Source of the DNA: an uncultured virus (IMG/VR IMGVR_UViG_3300037508_000348)
Taxonomy: Duplodnaviria > Heunggongvirae > Uroviricota > Caudoviricetes
IMG/VR virus record: IMGVR_UViG_3300037508_000348
Length of the DNA: 64,000 bases
Strand: one strand, 5' to 3'
Each line of letters starts with the position of its first letter. Positions within the stretch are counted from its first letter, which is position 1. The translations under genes were made by a program, and so were the position numbers. Below, in pieces: positions 46,554-57,216 of this stretch. Below the pieces are notes generated by a model. The model worked only from the letters and a program-made list of their open reading frames with translations, ran no database searches and was not told the DNA's origin.

Positions 46554-47345
46554 ATGGCAAATACCAGTGTAGTTTCTTCCGTCAGTCGTCTGGGCAAATA
46601 CGAGCCATTTCATATACAGGTCTCTCGTGGGCAGATCACGATGCACTCGCCTGTTATTGTCTTTGGGTACAACCCGGATGTAGACACCACTGAAGAGTCC
46701 ATTTGGCCTAATGGGGGCACGGTTCCTCATCCAACAGCCGCCTCAGTGCTTAAAGTTAGCTCATCTAGTGCGGACGATGCGTCTGCAGGTACGGGGGCAA
46801 GAACGGTAATGCTCGTCGGGATCGACGGCGACTACAACGAGAAAAGCGAATCTGTAATCCTAAACGGGCAGACAGCGGTAAACACGACCAACAGCTATCT
46901 CTATGTGAACCAATTATATGTAATCTCTGTTGGGTCTGGCGGCGTAAATGCGGGGAATATCAACGTAGGTACCGGTACAGTCACTTCGGGTGTTCCAGCC
47001 GTGCTGTATGACATGATTGCAATTGGATTCAACAACCGCACTACGGGTCATTATTGCGTTCCAGCAGGGTACACAGGATACATGCTACAGGGGCTTTTTT
47101 CTGCTGGGCAGGCATCTGGTAACACCTCCGTTACTGGGTTTTTGAAGCAGCTTGGGCCTGATGACATCCTTCGCGTGGGTGCCGTGGCAACCGTCAACAA
47201 TGGTACGGCAGATTACCTGTTTGAACTTCCTTACAGAATCCCTGAAAAGAATTGCGTCGGGGCCACAGCGATAGGTGCAGCGGCAAACAACTCGGTCAGT
47301 TCGTACTTCAATATCCTGTTGATTAAGAACAACGGTCAAACCTAA
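46554..47345 (+). CDS. Putative structural protein
   Basis: 263 aa beta-rich; SSSADD..GTGARTV..G.D. Confidence 0.6.
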   Translation: MANTSVVSSVSRLGKYEPFHIQVSRGQITMHSPVIVFGYNPDVDTTEESIWPNGGTVPHPTAASVLKVSSSSADDASAGTGARTVMLVGIDGDYNEKSESVILNGQTAVNTTNSYLYVNQLYVISVGSGGVNAGNINVGTGTVTSGVPAVLYDMIAIGFNNRTTGHYCVPAGYTGYMLQGLFSAGQASGNTSVTGFLKQLGPDDILRVGAVATVNNGTADYLFELPYRIPEKNCVGATAIGAAANNSVSSYFNILLIKNNGQT

Positions 47346-47503
47346 TGGCTAAAGAAATTTGGGATAAGGAGCGCCCTAAAGGGCTAGGCAAACCAAAGAA
47401 GCTAAGTTCTGCCAAGAAAGCCTCAGCTAAAGCTGCAGCGAAGAAAGCAGGGCGACCTTACCCGAATCTCGTTGATAACTTAAGAGCGGCTAGGCAAAAA
47501 TGA
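47345..47503 (+). CDS. 52-aa basic protein
   Basis: MAKEIWDK..AKKAGRPYPNLVDNLRAARQK; coupled on both sides; below the track cutoff. Confidence 0.65.
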   Translation: MAKEIWDKERPKGLGKPKKLSSAKKASAKAAAKKAGRPYPNLVDNLRAARQK

Positions 47504-48204
47504 CCACTTCAGGCACAGCGACTTGGACTCCTGACTTTGCCGAAATCATCGAAGAAGCCTTTGAGAGAGTCGGGGTTGAGGTACGCACGGGTTATCAGTT
47601 CAAAACGGCGAGGCGCAGCCTCAATTTGCTGTTTCAAGAGTGGGCTTCGCGTGGTCTGAATCTATGGACACTCGAACAGGGCGCTTTGAATTTGAGCGTG
47701 GGTGTAAACAATTATCCTCTTCCTGCAGACACCATAGACCTGATTGAAACCGTTGTACGGCAGAATGATGGCAATCCCACCACGCAAGTAGACCTGCAGA
47801 TAGCTAGAATCAGTGTCTCTACTTATGCCACAATCCCCAACAAATTGGCTACAGGCAGACCCATTCAGATTTTTGTAGACCGCCAAACGGATGCACCGAT
47901 AGCGAGAATCTGGCCTGCTCCAAATATAGATGGGTACAAGCTGGTGTATTGGAAGCTCCGTAGAATGGATGATACCGGTTCTGCGGGTACGAATACCGCC
48001 GATATGCCGTTCAGATTTGTTCCCGCTTTGATCGCTGGGTTGGCTTATTATCTGTCCATCAAGACTCCTGAAGCTGAAGGTCGAATCCCGATGCTGAAAC
48101 AGATATACGACGAAGCCTTCCAGTTAGCCGCTGATGAAGACAGACAGAGAGCTTCGGTAAGATTCGTTCCCGGTATTAGCTACGTAGGTGGCGGAGGCTG
48201 GTAA
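47500..48204 (+). CDS. Putative head-tail adaptor/tail tubular protein
   Basis: IIEEAFER..ARRSLNLLFQEW..GRP..IWPAP..GLAYYL. Confidence 0.65.
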   Translation: MTTSGTATWTPDFAEIIEEAFERVGVEVRTGYQFKTARRSLNLLFQEWASRGLNLWTLEQGALNLSVGVNNYPLPADTIDLIETVVRQNDGNPTTQVDLQIARISVSTYATIPNKLATGRPIQIFVDRQTDAPIARIWPAPNIDGYKLVYWKLRRMDDTGSAGTNTADMPFRFVPALIAGLAYYLSIKTPEAEGRIPMLKQIYDEAFQLAADEDRQRASVRFVPGISYVGGGGW

Positions 48205-48880
48205 TGGCTCAGCGTTTTGCATCGGAGAAGCGGAGCTTTGGATTTTGTGATCGTTGCGCCTTTCGCTACCCACTGAAAAAGCTCAAGCAGTATGTGGTTT
48301 TCGGCAAGATCATCAATCAGAGAGTTTGCCCTACCTGTTGGGAAATAGACCACCCGCAAAATTGGGTCGGAGTTATAGGCGCACAGAAGGTAGCTAACGA
48401 TCCGCAGGCACTGCGTAATCCAAGACCCGATACTAATTTGAACGATTCCAGAGGGTTATTTGCATGGAACCCTATCGCTTCACAACAGGCCGATTTTACG
48501 CTTAACAGCGTTTTTGTTACAATTAGCTAGAGGTTACAGATGAAGTACGATGACGTTTCTCAGGATAAGAAAATGATTAAGAAGGCCGTGCGTATGCACG
48601 ACGATCAACTACACGAAGGAAAAAAGACACGCCTGAAGGGTCTCAAGAAAGGTGGAGTCACCTCTGCTGAAATGAAAAAGATGGGCCGGAATAGGGCTCG
48701 TGCCAAGAACCAAAAGAGTAAGTAATCATGAGTACACGTAAAACGGGCGGTACCGCCGAAAAAGTCCCGACTCCAAACACCGCTGGCTACCCAAATGAGA
48801 AGCCCAACACTCAGACCGTAAAAGTACGCGGCACGGGTGCAGCCGTCAAAGGCGATAAGTCTTCTACCAAGCTGGGTTAA
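48204..48880 (+). CDS. Three small late genes (48204-48530 Cys-rich, 48540-48725, 48728-48880)
   Basis: CDRC..CPTC..HPQ..DPQALRNPRPD; two small basic ORFs. Confidence 0.6.
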
Positions 48881-48900
48881 AAAGTTAAGGGATATTTGAC

Positions 48901-49542
48901 ATGAGCCTGACGTACCAGCAGCTTTACGATGCCATTCAGCAATATAGTGAAGTTGACGAGCCCACGTTCAACGCAAACATCCCTAACTTTGTAAAGAATA
49001 CAGAGCTACTGGTCAACAACACCGTTCAACTCCCAGCATTCAGACGTAATGTTACGGGCGAAGCCACTCAGTTGTTTCAGTACCTCAACATGCCATCAGA
49101 CTTTTTGTCTGTGTTTTCAATGGCAACCATTGACGCTAGCGGTAACTACACTTACCTCCTGCAGAAAGATGTGAACTACATCCGTGAAGCCTACCCGTTT
49201 CCAACGGCTATCGGTGAGCCAAAATACTACGGTCTGTTTAGTTCTACTGCGTTTATTCTAGGCCCGACTCCAGACGTGAATTACACGATGGAGCTTCATT
49301 ACTACGCGGCTCCGCAGTCTATTGTTGACGCAGGGACTAGCTGGTTGGGCCAGAACTACCCCTCTGTGCTGTTGTGGGGCTCTTTGGTAGAAGCCTCTGT
49401 CTTTCTGAAAGGCGAAGCGGATATGACGCAGAACTACCAGAACAAGTATAATGAAGCGATGATGTTGCTCAAGCAGCTTGGAGATGGTAAGAACCGCGAA
49501 GACAATTTCAGAACAACCCAAGTTAGAGATCAAGTCGTATGA
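48901..49542 (+). CDS. Putative adaptor/connector protein
   Basis: LTYQQL..P.DFL..PKYY..GPTPD..WL..YP.VLLWGSLVEA. Confidence 0.65.
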   Translation: MSLTYQQLYDAIQQYSEVDEPTFNANIPNFVKNTELLVNNTVQLPAFRRNVTGEATQLFQYLNMPSDFLSVFSMATIDASGNYTYLLQKDVNYIREAYPFPTAIGEPKYYGLFSSTAFILGPTPDVNYTMELHYYAAPQSIVDAGTSWLGQNYPSVLLWGSLVEASVFLKGEADMTQNYQNKYNEAMMLLKQLGDGKNREDNFRTTQVRDQVV

Positions 49543-49655
49543 ACGAAGAAAACGAAGCGAACCAGAATATAGAATTTACCCTCAATAGTGTCGCTGTAAT
49601 GGCAGATCACTTTGAGCCCGACGCAGAATTTGAAATTTCCGAAGAGGTATAAATC

Positions 49656-50084
49656 ATGGCGATCACCCAAGCCTTAGCATCAGCGTTCAAAAGTGAGGTT
49701 CTACAAGGCATTCATAACTTCGCCGCTGCGGGTGGCGATACCTTCAAACTTGCTCTTTACACTTCGGCAGCTAACCTAGACTCCACGACTACGGTTTATA
49801 CGACTTCTGGGGAATCTTCAGGACCGGGGTATACGGCGGGTGGGCAGACGCTGACTAATGTAGGTGTGAGTCTCTCGGGCACCACCGCATTTCTGGATTT
49901 TGATGACGTGACATGGACCTCTGCTTCTATCTCTGCGGCGGGCGCTCTGATTTACAATTCTACTGATTCCAATAAGGCAGTAGCGATTCTGAGCTTCGGA
50001 GGGACGTACACCTCCACTAACGGTAATTTTACGGTCACGTTCCCTGCAGCTACGTCTAGTACGGCCATTATCATTTTGAACTAA
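49656..50084 (+). CDS. Putative tail structural protein
   Basis: FKLALYT..GYTAGGQTL..GALIYN..FTVTFP. Confidence 0.65.
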   Translation: MAITQALASAFKSEVLQGIHNFAAAGGDTFKLALYTSAANLDSTTTVYTTSGESSGPGYTAGGQTLTNVGVSLSGTTAFLDFDDVTWTSASISAAGALIYNSTDSNKAVAILSFGGTYTSTNGNFTVTFPAATSSTAIIILN

Positions 50085-50154
50085 CCTAAACGCACAAGGG
50101 GCAGCGACAACTGCCCCGAAGTGCTACACCACCAATCTGAGAAGGAGATTGAAG

Positions 50155-50655
50155 ATGCAAAACGATACTATCATCATAGAAAATGCAGCGCAACTACTTG
50201 ACTATGACCCAGAAACGGGGGAGATGGTGTGGAAAGTCCGCAAAAAAGGAAGTCGCGGGCGGGGTAAAAAAGCCGGCTACGCCAGTCACGGCTATATCGT
50301 AGTAGGGTTAACCGGGAAGCGCTTATTCGGGCATAGGATAGCGTGGTTTTTACATTATGGGAATTTACCAGAACAGCAGATAGACCACAAAGACAGAGAT
50401 CGCTCAAACAATAAAATATACAACCTGCGAATAGCCGAGAATAATTGGTTCGATAATCATCAGAATAGGTCGCTACCGTCAAACAACACTTCCGGTGTAA
50501 TAGGCGTAAAATGGCATAAAGTTAGTGGCAAATGGGTGGCGCAGATACAGGTCAATAAGAAACAGATACATTTAGGGCTTTTTGAATCTTTTGAAGACGC
50601 AGTTGCCGCACGTAGAGCCGCTGAGTTAAAATATTTTACGTTTGCTAATCCATAG
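50155..50655 (+). CDS. HNH-AP2 homing endonuclease
   Basis: YDPETG, HRIAW, IDHKDRDRSNNKIYNLR, NNTSGVIGV, IHLGLF; AAGGAG SD. Confidence 0.88.
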   Translation: MQNDTIIIENAAQLLDYDPETGEMVWKVRKKGSRGRGKKAGYASHGYIVVGLTGKRLFGHRIAWFLHYGNLPEQQIDHKDRDRSNNKIYNLRIAENNWFDNHQNRSLPSNNTSGVIGVKWHKVSGKWVAQIQVNKKQIHLGLFESFEDAVAARRAAELKYFTFANP

Positions 50656-50667
50656 AGAATAGACACC

Positions 50668-51864
50668 ATGCCTAAGATGCAAAATCGGGTCCAAGAGACC
50701 ACTACTACTGGCGGTACCGGCACGATTACTTTGGCTGGTGCTGTTACTGGGTACATTACATTCGCTGCGGGATTCACTACGGGCGATGTGCTCTTTTACA
50801 CTATAGATAACGGCATTGGCGAGTGGGAAATTGGCATAGGTACACTGGTTACTACAGGTACACTATCTCGTACTACGGTCATCGCCTCGTCTAATAGCGG
50901 TGCGCTAGTCAACTTTTCTTCTGGTACTAAACGAGTATTTTGCTCCGCGCCCACGCGCTCACTGGTGCCCGACCAAGACAGCAAAAGCGGCTACGTCCTC
51001 ACTACAGACGGCACGAACCCAAGCTGGACTCAGACGCTAAACAGCGTCAACATCGGCAACACAACCGCAGGCACAGGGGCCTTTACTACTCTTTCGGCTT
51101 CTTCTACCGTCTCCGGCACGGGCTTCAGTAACTATCTCGCTTCTCCTCCCGCCATTGGCGGCTCATCCCCTGCGGCGGGTAACTTCACTAATCTTGGCTA
51201 TACCGGCACACTCACGGGCGGCACGGGTGTTATCAATATCGGATCGGGGCAGATAGTTAAGAATGCGTCCGGCGTAGTCACCATAGGCAGCGCCATCAGC
51301 CTCGACCCCACGACAGCCAATGCGCTGGTGGTAAATAGCAGTGGGAATGTGGGGATTGGTACTGCAAGTTCTTCAGGTAGATTTACATTAAAAGGCTCAG
51401 GGGCGACAGCGGGGACTTCTTCTATATACGTTACAAATAGTACTCCCGTATATACATTTGTAGTTAATGATGATGGTTCATTTTATACAGGTGCATCACC
51501 AGCGGGTGCTCCATATAACGTAACAACAGGCACAGGCGCAAATTTAGTTGTTACATCCGCTGGACAATTGCAAAGGTCTACATCATCACTTAAATATAAG
51601 ACAGATGTACAAGATGCTACCCATGGGCTTGCTGATGCTTTGAAGCTAAGAGCAGTTACATACAAAGGCAAGAATGATGGAAGCACTGTTTTTGGCGGCT
51701 TAATTGCCGAAGAAGTGCATGAGGCTGGTTTAACAGAGTTTGTGCAATATGCTGAAGATGGTTCTCCTGATGCGTTGAGCTATGGAAATATGGTTTCCCT
51801 TGCATTCAAAGCCATCCAAGAACTCCACGCCGAAATCGAATCACTCAAACAGAGGACACACTAA
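50668..51864 (+). CDS. Tail fibre-like protein with C-terminal S74-type intramolecular chaperone
   Basis: RVQETTTTGGTG..WEIGIGT; SSLKYKTDV..GLIAEEV..AIQEL. Confidence 0.8.
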   Translation: MPKMQNRVQETTTTGGTGTITLAGAVTGYITFAAGFTTGDVLFYTIDNGIGEWEIGIGTLVTTGTLSRTTVIASSNSGALVNFSSGTKRVFCSAPTRSLVPDQDSKSGYVLTTDGTNPSWTQTLNSVNIGNTTAGTGAFTTLSASSTVSGTGFSNYLASPPAIGGSSPAAGNFTNLGYTGTLTGGTGVINIGSGQIVKNASGVVTIGSAISLDPTTANALVVNSSGNVGIGTASSSGRFTLKGSGATAGTSSIYVTNSTPVYTFVVNDDGSFYTGASPAGAPYNVTTGTGANLVVTSAGQLQRSTSSLKYKTDVQDATHGLADALKLRAVTYKGKNDGSTVFGGLIAEEVHEAGLTEFVQYAEDGSPDALSYGNMVSLAFKAIQELHAEIESLKQRTH

Positions 51865-52408
51865 TGGCCGATTACAAAGAAACTGACGTATCCGGTGTCG
51901 CATGGCAACGCGCTTACCAAATCCTGATTCTTAATCCTCTGGGTCAAGTGCCAACAGTGAGGTATGACGAGGAACAGGTAATCAACCTAAACAATGAGCA
52001 GATCAAGCAATTTGTCGGCAATCTGGGCTACACGGTAGACCCGCTCGGCATCATCGAACTGCGCGATCCAGAAACCTTGGAACTGACCGGCGAAAGTATC
52101 CCGGTGGCGACGGTGCATGAAGCGCTATTCTCGGACTACATTAACAGAGCGATGGCCCGTGATGATGGGGCTAACTTGGTCCCTCCTGTTGAGCCGGAAG
52201 AATAAAACCTGCTACACTACGCGCTCCTATCAACAACAACTCATAGACAACTATGCAGCCTAAAATTGAAATCAGTATAGAGCTTTTGAACGCGGTCCTG
52301 AACTATCTGGGCACCAAGCCTTTCGTGGAAGTCGCAGGACTCATCAACGGCATTCAGGAGCAGGCCAAAGGGCAGTTGCCAGAGGCAACGGAAGCGGTAG
52401 AGGAATAA
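51864..52408 (+). CDS. Two hypothetical tail-module genes (51864-52205, 52253-52408)
   Basis: Coupled ORFs; the second reads LNYLGTKPFVEVAGLI. Confidence 0.55.
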
Positions 52409-52426
52409 GGATAAGAGGAGGTAGGT

Positions 52427-52855
52427 ATGGTTACATCGAGACAGTGCTTTGCTAAGTGGGGCGACCCTAACACTCGGGAAGACGAGGGCAAATATATGGT
52501 GCTGTGGGACGTACCTACCTCGCTTGAAATCGGCGTGATCCCCAAAAGGCTGTACTGCAATCGCGCAATGATCGAACCATTAACCAAAGCATTCAACAAC
52601 ATCATTAGCCGGGGTCTCATTAACCATCTTAAAACGTGGGACGGGTGCTTCAATATCCGTAAAAAGAGAGGGGCAACCTCTCAGTCCCTTCATGCGTGGG
52701 GTATCGCTATTGATATCAATGCCGCGTGGAATCCCTTCGGGAAAAAGGGCAATATGAGTCCTGAATTGGTGAAATGCTTCACAGACGCGGGTTTTGATTG
52801 GGGAGGTACGTGGAGTAAGCCAGATTCAATGCACTTCCAACTAGCGAAAATATGA
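52427..52855 (+). CDS. Endolysin, M15-family peptidase
   Basis: GCFNIR..SLHAWGIAIDIN..WGGTW..DSMHFQ. Confidence 0.88.
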   Translation: MVTSRQCFAKWGDPNTREDEGKYMVLWDVPTSLEIGVIPKRLYCNRAMIEPLTKAFNNIISRGLINHLKTWDGCFNIRKKRGATSQSLHAWGIAIDINAAWNPFGKKGNMSPELVKCFTDAGFDWGGTWSKPDSMHFQLAKI

Positions 52856-52980
52856 AACCCCGCAACCCAAAAGATAAATCGCCTACTGAACTGCTGGCTG
52901 AAGGGTTAGTGTATGCCTGTCTGACGGTCTCTTTTCTGTTGGTGTTTATGTATGGTGTTGTGACTTACTTTTGGGATTAG
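52852..52980 (+). CDS. 42-aa membrane peptide in the lysis cassette
   Basis: One TM helix; ATGA-coupled to the endolysin. Confidence 0.5.
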   Translation: MKPRNPKDKSPTELLAEGLVYACLTVSFLLVFMYGVVTYFWD

Positions 52981-52989
52981 GAGAATACA

Positions 52990-53178
52990 ATGGGTGCTTT
53001 AGTAGACAGATTTGGTATTGCATTAGGCGAGGCGAGTACGTGGCGCGGGATTGTAATGCTGTTGACTGCAGTGGGACTGCAGATTGATCCTGCTCAGCAG
53101 ACGGCTATTATTCAAGCGGGCCTTGCCGTTGTTGGTGTTATCAGCGTTTTCACAAAGCGCAAACCGTCCGTAGGCTAG
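52990..53178 (+). CDS. Putative holin
   Basis: EASTWRG plus two TM segments and a basic C-terminus. Confidence 0.7.
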   Translation: MGALVDRFGIALGEASTWRGIVMLLTAVGLQIDPAQQTAIIQAGLAVVGVISVFTKRKPSVG

Positions 53179-53194
53179 CTGACAGAGACTCGGG

Positions 53195-54508
53195 GTGTTA
53201 GGCTTCTCGGCTATTGCAGACTCGCCCATTGCGGCACCACGCATTGATGCCTATTTACTCCTAACTTCTCAGAGTCTTAGCCTCTCTCTTTCTTCGGCTG
53301 CAGTCACGGCTGCAGCTAACTACGCGCTCTCTTCTCAGTCACTTGTAACGACACTCAACAGCCCCACTATTCAGGCAGGGGCACAATACGCGCTTGACTC
53401 GCAGACACTCACTACTACACTCAACGCTCCCTCTGTTACTGCCGCCAGTGCAGTCACTCTCACTTCTCAATCTCTCACGCTGACGCTCAATAGCGTCACG
53501 GCTACGGCCATCACCTACGTACCCCTCGTAGGCCAAACACTCAACTTGACGCTCAACAGCGTTACGGTTACAGCAGATGCGCTCTATACCCTTGATTCTC
53601 AGAGCCTTACGACAACGCTCAGCAGTGTCGTCATTGAAGTTCAGCCGCCGACGTTTGACTCCCAGAGCCTTACCAGCACACTCAATAGCGTAGCGCTAGA
53701 GACCAACAATGACATAACCCTCACGGGGCAGAATCTAATTGCCTCCCTAAACTCCGTTGCTCTATCTGTTGGCCAGACGGTTGATCTTACGGGGCAAACC
53801 CTCACCACTACGCTCAATTCGGTTACTGTCTCTGCGGCAGCGGGTATAACACCCACGGGGCTGTCCTTCTATGGATATGTTTCGCCGGTTATTCTGAGTG
53901 TAGGGGCTACGGTCCCCACTACGGGGTTGATGCTCACATCGACGCTCAATAGTTTCAGAAAGTTCTGGGTAGATATTTATACGCCGCAGACACCTGAGAT
54001 TCCCTATGATGACTGCTCGATTGGCTCAACGCCGATATGCTACACCCCACCAGAGCCTACAACGCAGGCGACGATTCAGGGAAATTGGAACGAGATAACG
54101 CTTGATGCGGTGGTAGATGGTCAGGACTGCTCGATTGGGTCACAGCCTATCTGTGTGGGAGTCAACTATACGAATACCGAATTGCTGGTGACAGCAGTGA
54201 ATGGTGGTGGAGCCATCACGGGAATTTCGATAAAGCACACCTCGCTCTACGATGAAGTCCCGCCCAACCCAGCCATTGTGGTAGCAACAAACGGTGGAGC
54301 AAATGCCACGTTCAATATACAATACTCCCAAAATGTAGCGATCAGCGTAGCGATTGCCAACGGCGGCTCTGGGTATGTAGTAGGTGATACACTCTTCGTA
54401 TTAGGAGGAATCGGATACAATCTACCCTCTACTGGAAAATATCCTGCCGCATTGTGGTCCAACATTACAACCGCCCAGACCAGCAACTGGGCCAATATAC
54501 CGACATAA
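53195..54508 (+). CDS. Repetitive Ser/Thr-rich tail-associated protein
   Basis: MLGFSAIADSPIA start; repeated L.SQSLTTTLNSV units. Confidence 0.65.
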   Translation: MLGFSAIADSPIAAPRIDAYLLLTSQSLSLSLSSAAVTAAANYALSSQSLVTTLNSPTIQAGAQYALDSQTLTTTLNAPSVTAASAVTLTSQSLTLTLNSVTATAITYVPLVGQTLNLTLNSVTVTADALYTLDSQSLTTTLSSVVIEVQPPTFDSQSLTSTLNSVALETNNDITLTGQNLIASLNSVALSVGQTVDLTGQTLTTTLNSVTVSAAAGITPTGLSFYGYVSPVILSVGATVPTTGLMLTSTLNSFRKFWVDIYTPQTPEIPYDDCSIGSTPICYTPPEPTTQATIQGNWNEITLDAVVDGQDCSIGSQPICVGVNYTNTELLVTAVNGGGAITGISIKHTSLYDEVPPNPAIVVATNGGANATFNIQYSQNVAISVAIANGGSGYVVGDTLFVLGGIGYNLPSTGKYPAALWSNITTAQTSNWANIPT

Positions 54509-54520
54509 AGGTGCGTAACC

Positions 54521-56446
54521 ATGCCTGCAACATATTCATCTAACCTCAGACTTGAACTCATCGGCCCCGGTGAGCAGGCCAACACATGGGGCAACACCAC
54601 CAGCAACAATTTAGGCACGCTGATGGAAAGCGCTGTTGCGGGGCGTATAGAGCTCTCTTCGGGTTGGGTAGCTAACTCGCTTACACTGACGGCGTTCAAT
54701 GGTGCTAACGATCAGTCGAGGCAGATGTGTCTGGTGGTCCCGGCTATTACGATCAGCGCGAACTCAAACATCGTGGTTCCCGCCAGTGCGGTTACAGCCT
54801 CATCGGGCAAGCTCTATACCGTCATCAACCGATCAACGTCCTATGCGGTCACGATCAAACTCCCATCAACTACGGGCATAACGATTCCAGCCAATACAAC
54901 GAAGACGGTTATCTATAACGGCACGGACTTTCAAGAAACCATTACTGCGCTGGACTTCCTTACACTGACAGGCACCCCCACGGTCAACGCACATGCCGTA
55001 AACAAAGGCTATGTAGATGGGAAATTTTTCATCAATGCAGGGGCCAATACCGTCACGGGCAACACTACATTTACAGGCACCGTCACTCTGCCCGTAGCGA
55101 CACCCACAGGCAACCAAGCCACCTCGTACAACTACGTCAATAGCAACTATTTGTGGAAAGCGGCGGGTGAAAGCACTCAGACCATGATCCCTAGGCTGAA
55201 ATTAACCCAAGCGGCTGTTGATAATGATGATGTAATCACTAAAGGATACGCAGACAGTAACTTTGTAGGGCTCACCACTGTCCAGACGATTTCTGGCACT
55301 AAGACATTTTCTACAAATGTCTCCCTAAGTGGCTCCGCGCAGCTTATTCTCCCCAACGCTCCCTTGAGTGGCACTCAGGCTACCAATAAGAGCTATGTAG
55401 ATGGAGAGATAGCGGCGGCGTCATCTCTAGCCGCGAGCACTTTTGTCCCCCAGACGAGGACCATTACAGTAGGCACGGGGCTTCAGGTCAATGGCACGGC
55501 GAGTGCGGATTTGAGTGGAAATATCAATCTTCAGCTTGTTGGAGGAGGTACGGTCACTTCGGTTACGGCAACTTCTCCTTTGACCGCTACAGGCACTACG
55601 GCGGTTAATTTGTCCATGAATATAGCCAGCACTTCACAAAACGGCTATTTAACCTCCACGGACTGGAACACGTTTAACGGCAAATGCAATGCTAATGGTT
55701 CCAACGCTTCGGGTACTTGGGCCATCAGTATTGCAGGCAATGCCGCTACCGCTACGAATGCAACAAACGCTACGAATGCAACAACAGCCACGACAGCTAC
55801 AAACGCCACGAATGCTACGAATGCGACAAACGCTACGAATGCAAATGCTTTGGGCGGTGTAGCCGCTAGCGGTTACGTACTAAAAACCGGCTCCACGATG
55901 ACTGGGGCGTTAAATGTTCAGAATAGCGGTTCTCCATCAGGGTATGTTAGTGTAGACACTGTCTTTAATGGCTCTGACTATTTCCCCGCTATTTTGTCTG
56001 TTAATACAGCCGCTTCTACATATAGGCCATTAGTATTAGCGCAATTAAGCACTTTAGGCACTTATGAAGTTAGATTAGCCATAGGCACAGGGGGCGCTGT
56101 AACGATATCTAACTTAGCTGCTGGCGGTACTGTCTCTGCAGGGGCGGGCACAGGCACACTAACGGTATCCTCAGACCAAAACTTAAAAATAGCTGACGGT
56201 TTCATAGAAGATGGCCTCTCTAAAATAGATGCGCTGCAACCTCGTTACTTTTATTGGAAAGATGAAGAAGGTAATGCTAACCTTGAAGAAGGAAGGCAAC
56301 TAGGTTTTTATGCTCAAGAGGTGCAAGCAGTTAGCCAAGAAGCCTCTCCAACGGGGCAAGGCATATACGATAGAGCGATAATTGCTATGCTGGTTAAAGC
56401 CGTGCAAGAACTCAAAACCGAAGTAGAAGCTCTTAAAGGAGCATAA
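54521..56446 (+). CDS. Tail fibre protein with S74-like C-terminus
   Basis: YSSNLRLEL..GEQANTWG; NK.YVD repeats; (ATN)n tract at about 55745-55845; SDQNLK..GFYAQEV..LVKAVQEL. Confidence 0.8.
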   Translation: MPATYSSNLRLELIGPGEQANTWGNTTSNNLGTLMESAVAGRIELSSGWVANSLTLTAFNGANDQSRQMCLVVPAITISANSNIVVPASAVTASSGKLYTVINRSTSYAVTIKLPSTTGITIPANTTKTVIYNGTDFQETITALDFLTLTGTPTVNAHAVNKGYVDGKFFINAGANTVTGNTTFTGTVTLPVATPTGNQATSYNYVNSNYLWKAAGESTQTMIPRLKLTQAAVDNDDVITKGYADSNFVGLTTVQTISGTKTFSTNVSLSGSAQLILPNAPLSGTQATNKSYVDGEIAAASSLAASTFVPQTRTITVGTGLQVNGTASADLSGNINLQLVGGGTVTSVTATSPLTATGTTAVNLSMNIASTSQNGYLTSTDWNTFNGKCNANGSNASGTWAISIAGNAATATNATNATNATTATTATNATNATNATNATNANALGGVAASGYVLKTGSTMTGALNVQNSGSPSGYVSVDTVFNGSDYFPAILSVNTAASTYRPLVLAQLSTLGTYEVRLAIGTGGAVTISNLAAGGTVSAGAGTGTLTVSSDQNLKIADGFIEDGLSKIDALQPRYFYWKDEEGNANLEEGRQLGFYAQEVQAVSQEASPTGQGIYDRAIIAMLVKAVQELKTEVEALKGA

Positions 56447-56453
56447 CCGTGCC

Positions 56454-57176
56454 CTATTCGCTAGCCGCTTTACGCTTAGCCCATACCTCTTTCATAATAG
56501 CTGAGGTCTTAGCCCTAGCCTCTGGAGTACGCTTTGCGGCATTGCGTTTTTCGCGTATAGTTGGGTCGGTATTCAAATGCTTGTGCGTTTCACGCATTGG
56601 GTTATTTGGGTCTAACAGGCGCTGTCTACGTTTTTCTTTTGTCTCTTCCGAGTGTATAGGTCTACCTATCTTTTCTGCTATCCTAGCCGCTCTGTACTCG
56701 GGATCGGCCCATTTGTCCTTTATCTTTTTTCGCACTTCAGCCCTCTTAGCAGGGTTGTTTTCCCCAGAGTATCTAGCGACTATATGGGGCGCATTCATTC
56801 GTTCGATGGCCTTTGCTTTTATTTCTGGGTTGTGCATTGGGTTATTTGCCTTCATTCGTTCTCTAGTTTTTTCCCTAGCGGATTCGGGCATTGTTTCTAG
56901 GCCCTCGCCACCTTTACGCATATTTGCTAAAGTGCCTGTACCTTGGGTTATGCGCCCATATTTTTCTATCAACGCTGCTTCCAGAGTTTGGGCCTCGCCT
57001 AAAGATGTTACTTTTATCACTTCTACGATAACATTATGAGCGCCTACCTCCTTAACCAGAGTTTTACAAAATGCACTCCTAGGGCTGGGGCCGGTCGGGT
57101 CAGTACGCCGTGTGTCTTTAGTGGCTCCAACGTAAAAGGGTACGCCATTAGGGTGCTTCCAAATGTAGACGAACAT
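56454..57176 (-). CDS. GIY-YIG-like homing endonuclease, antisense to the late operon
   Basis: FVYIW..PFYVG..R..E..LI..G.LAN..GGEG plus NPM/NPA basic repeats; AGGAG SD before ATG 57176. Confidence 0.8.
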   Translation of the reverse strand: MFVYIWKHPNGVPFYVGATKDTRRTDPTGPSPRSAFCKTLVKEVGAHNVIVEVIKVTSLGEAQTLEAALIEKYGRITQGTGTLANMRKGGEGLETMPESAREKTRERMKANNPMHNPEIKAKAIERMNAPHIVARYSGENNPAKRAEVRKKIKDKWADPEYRAARIAEKIGRPIHSEETKEKRRQRLLDPNNPMRETHKHLNTDPTIREKRNAAKRTPEARAKTSAIMKEVWAKRKAASE

Positions 57177-57216
57177 CGTAGTCTCCTGATTAACGCCAGA
57201 GCAAGAGTGTAACAAA

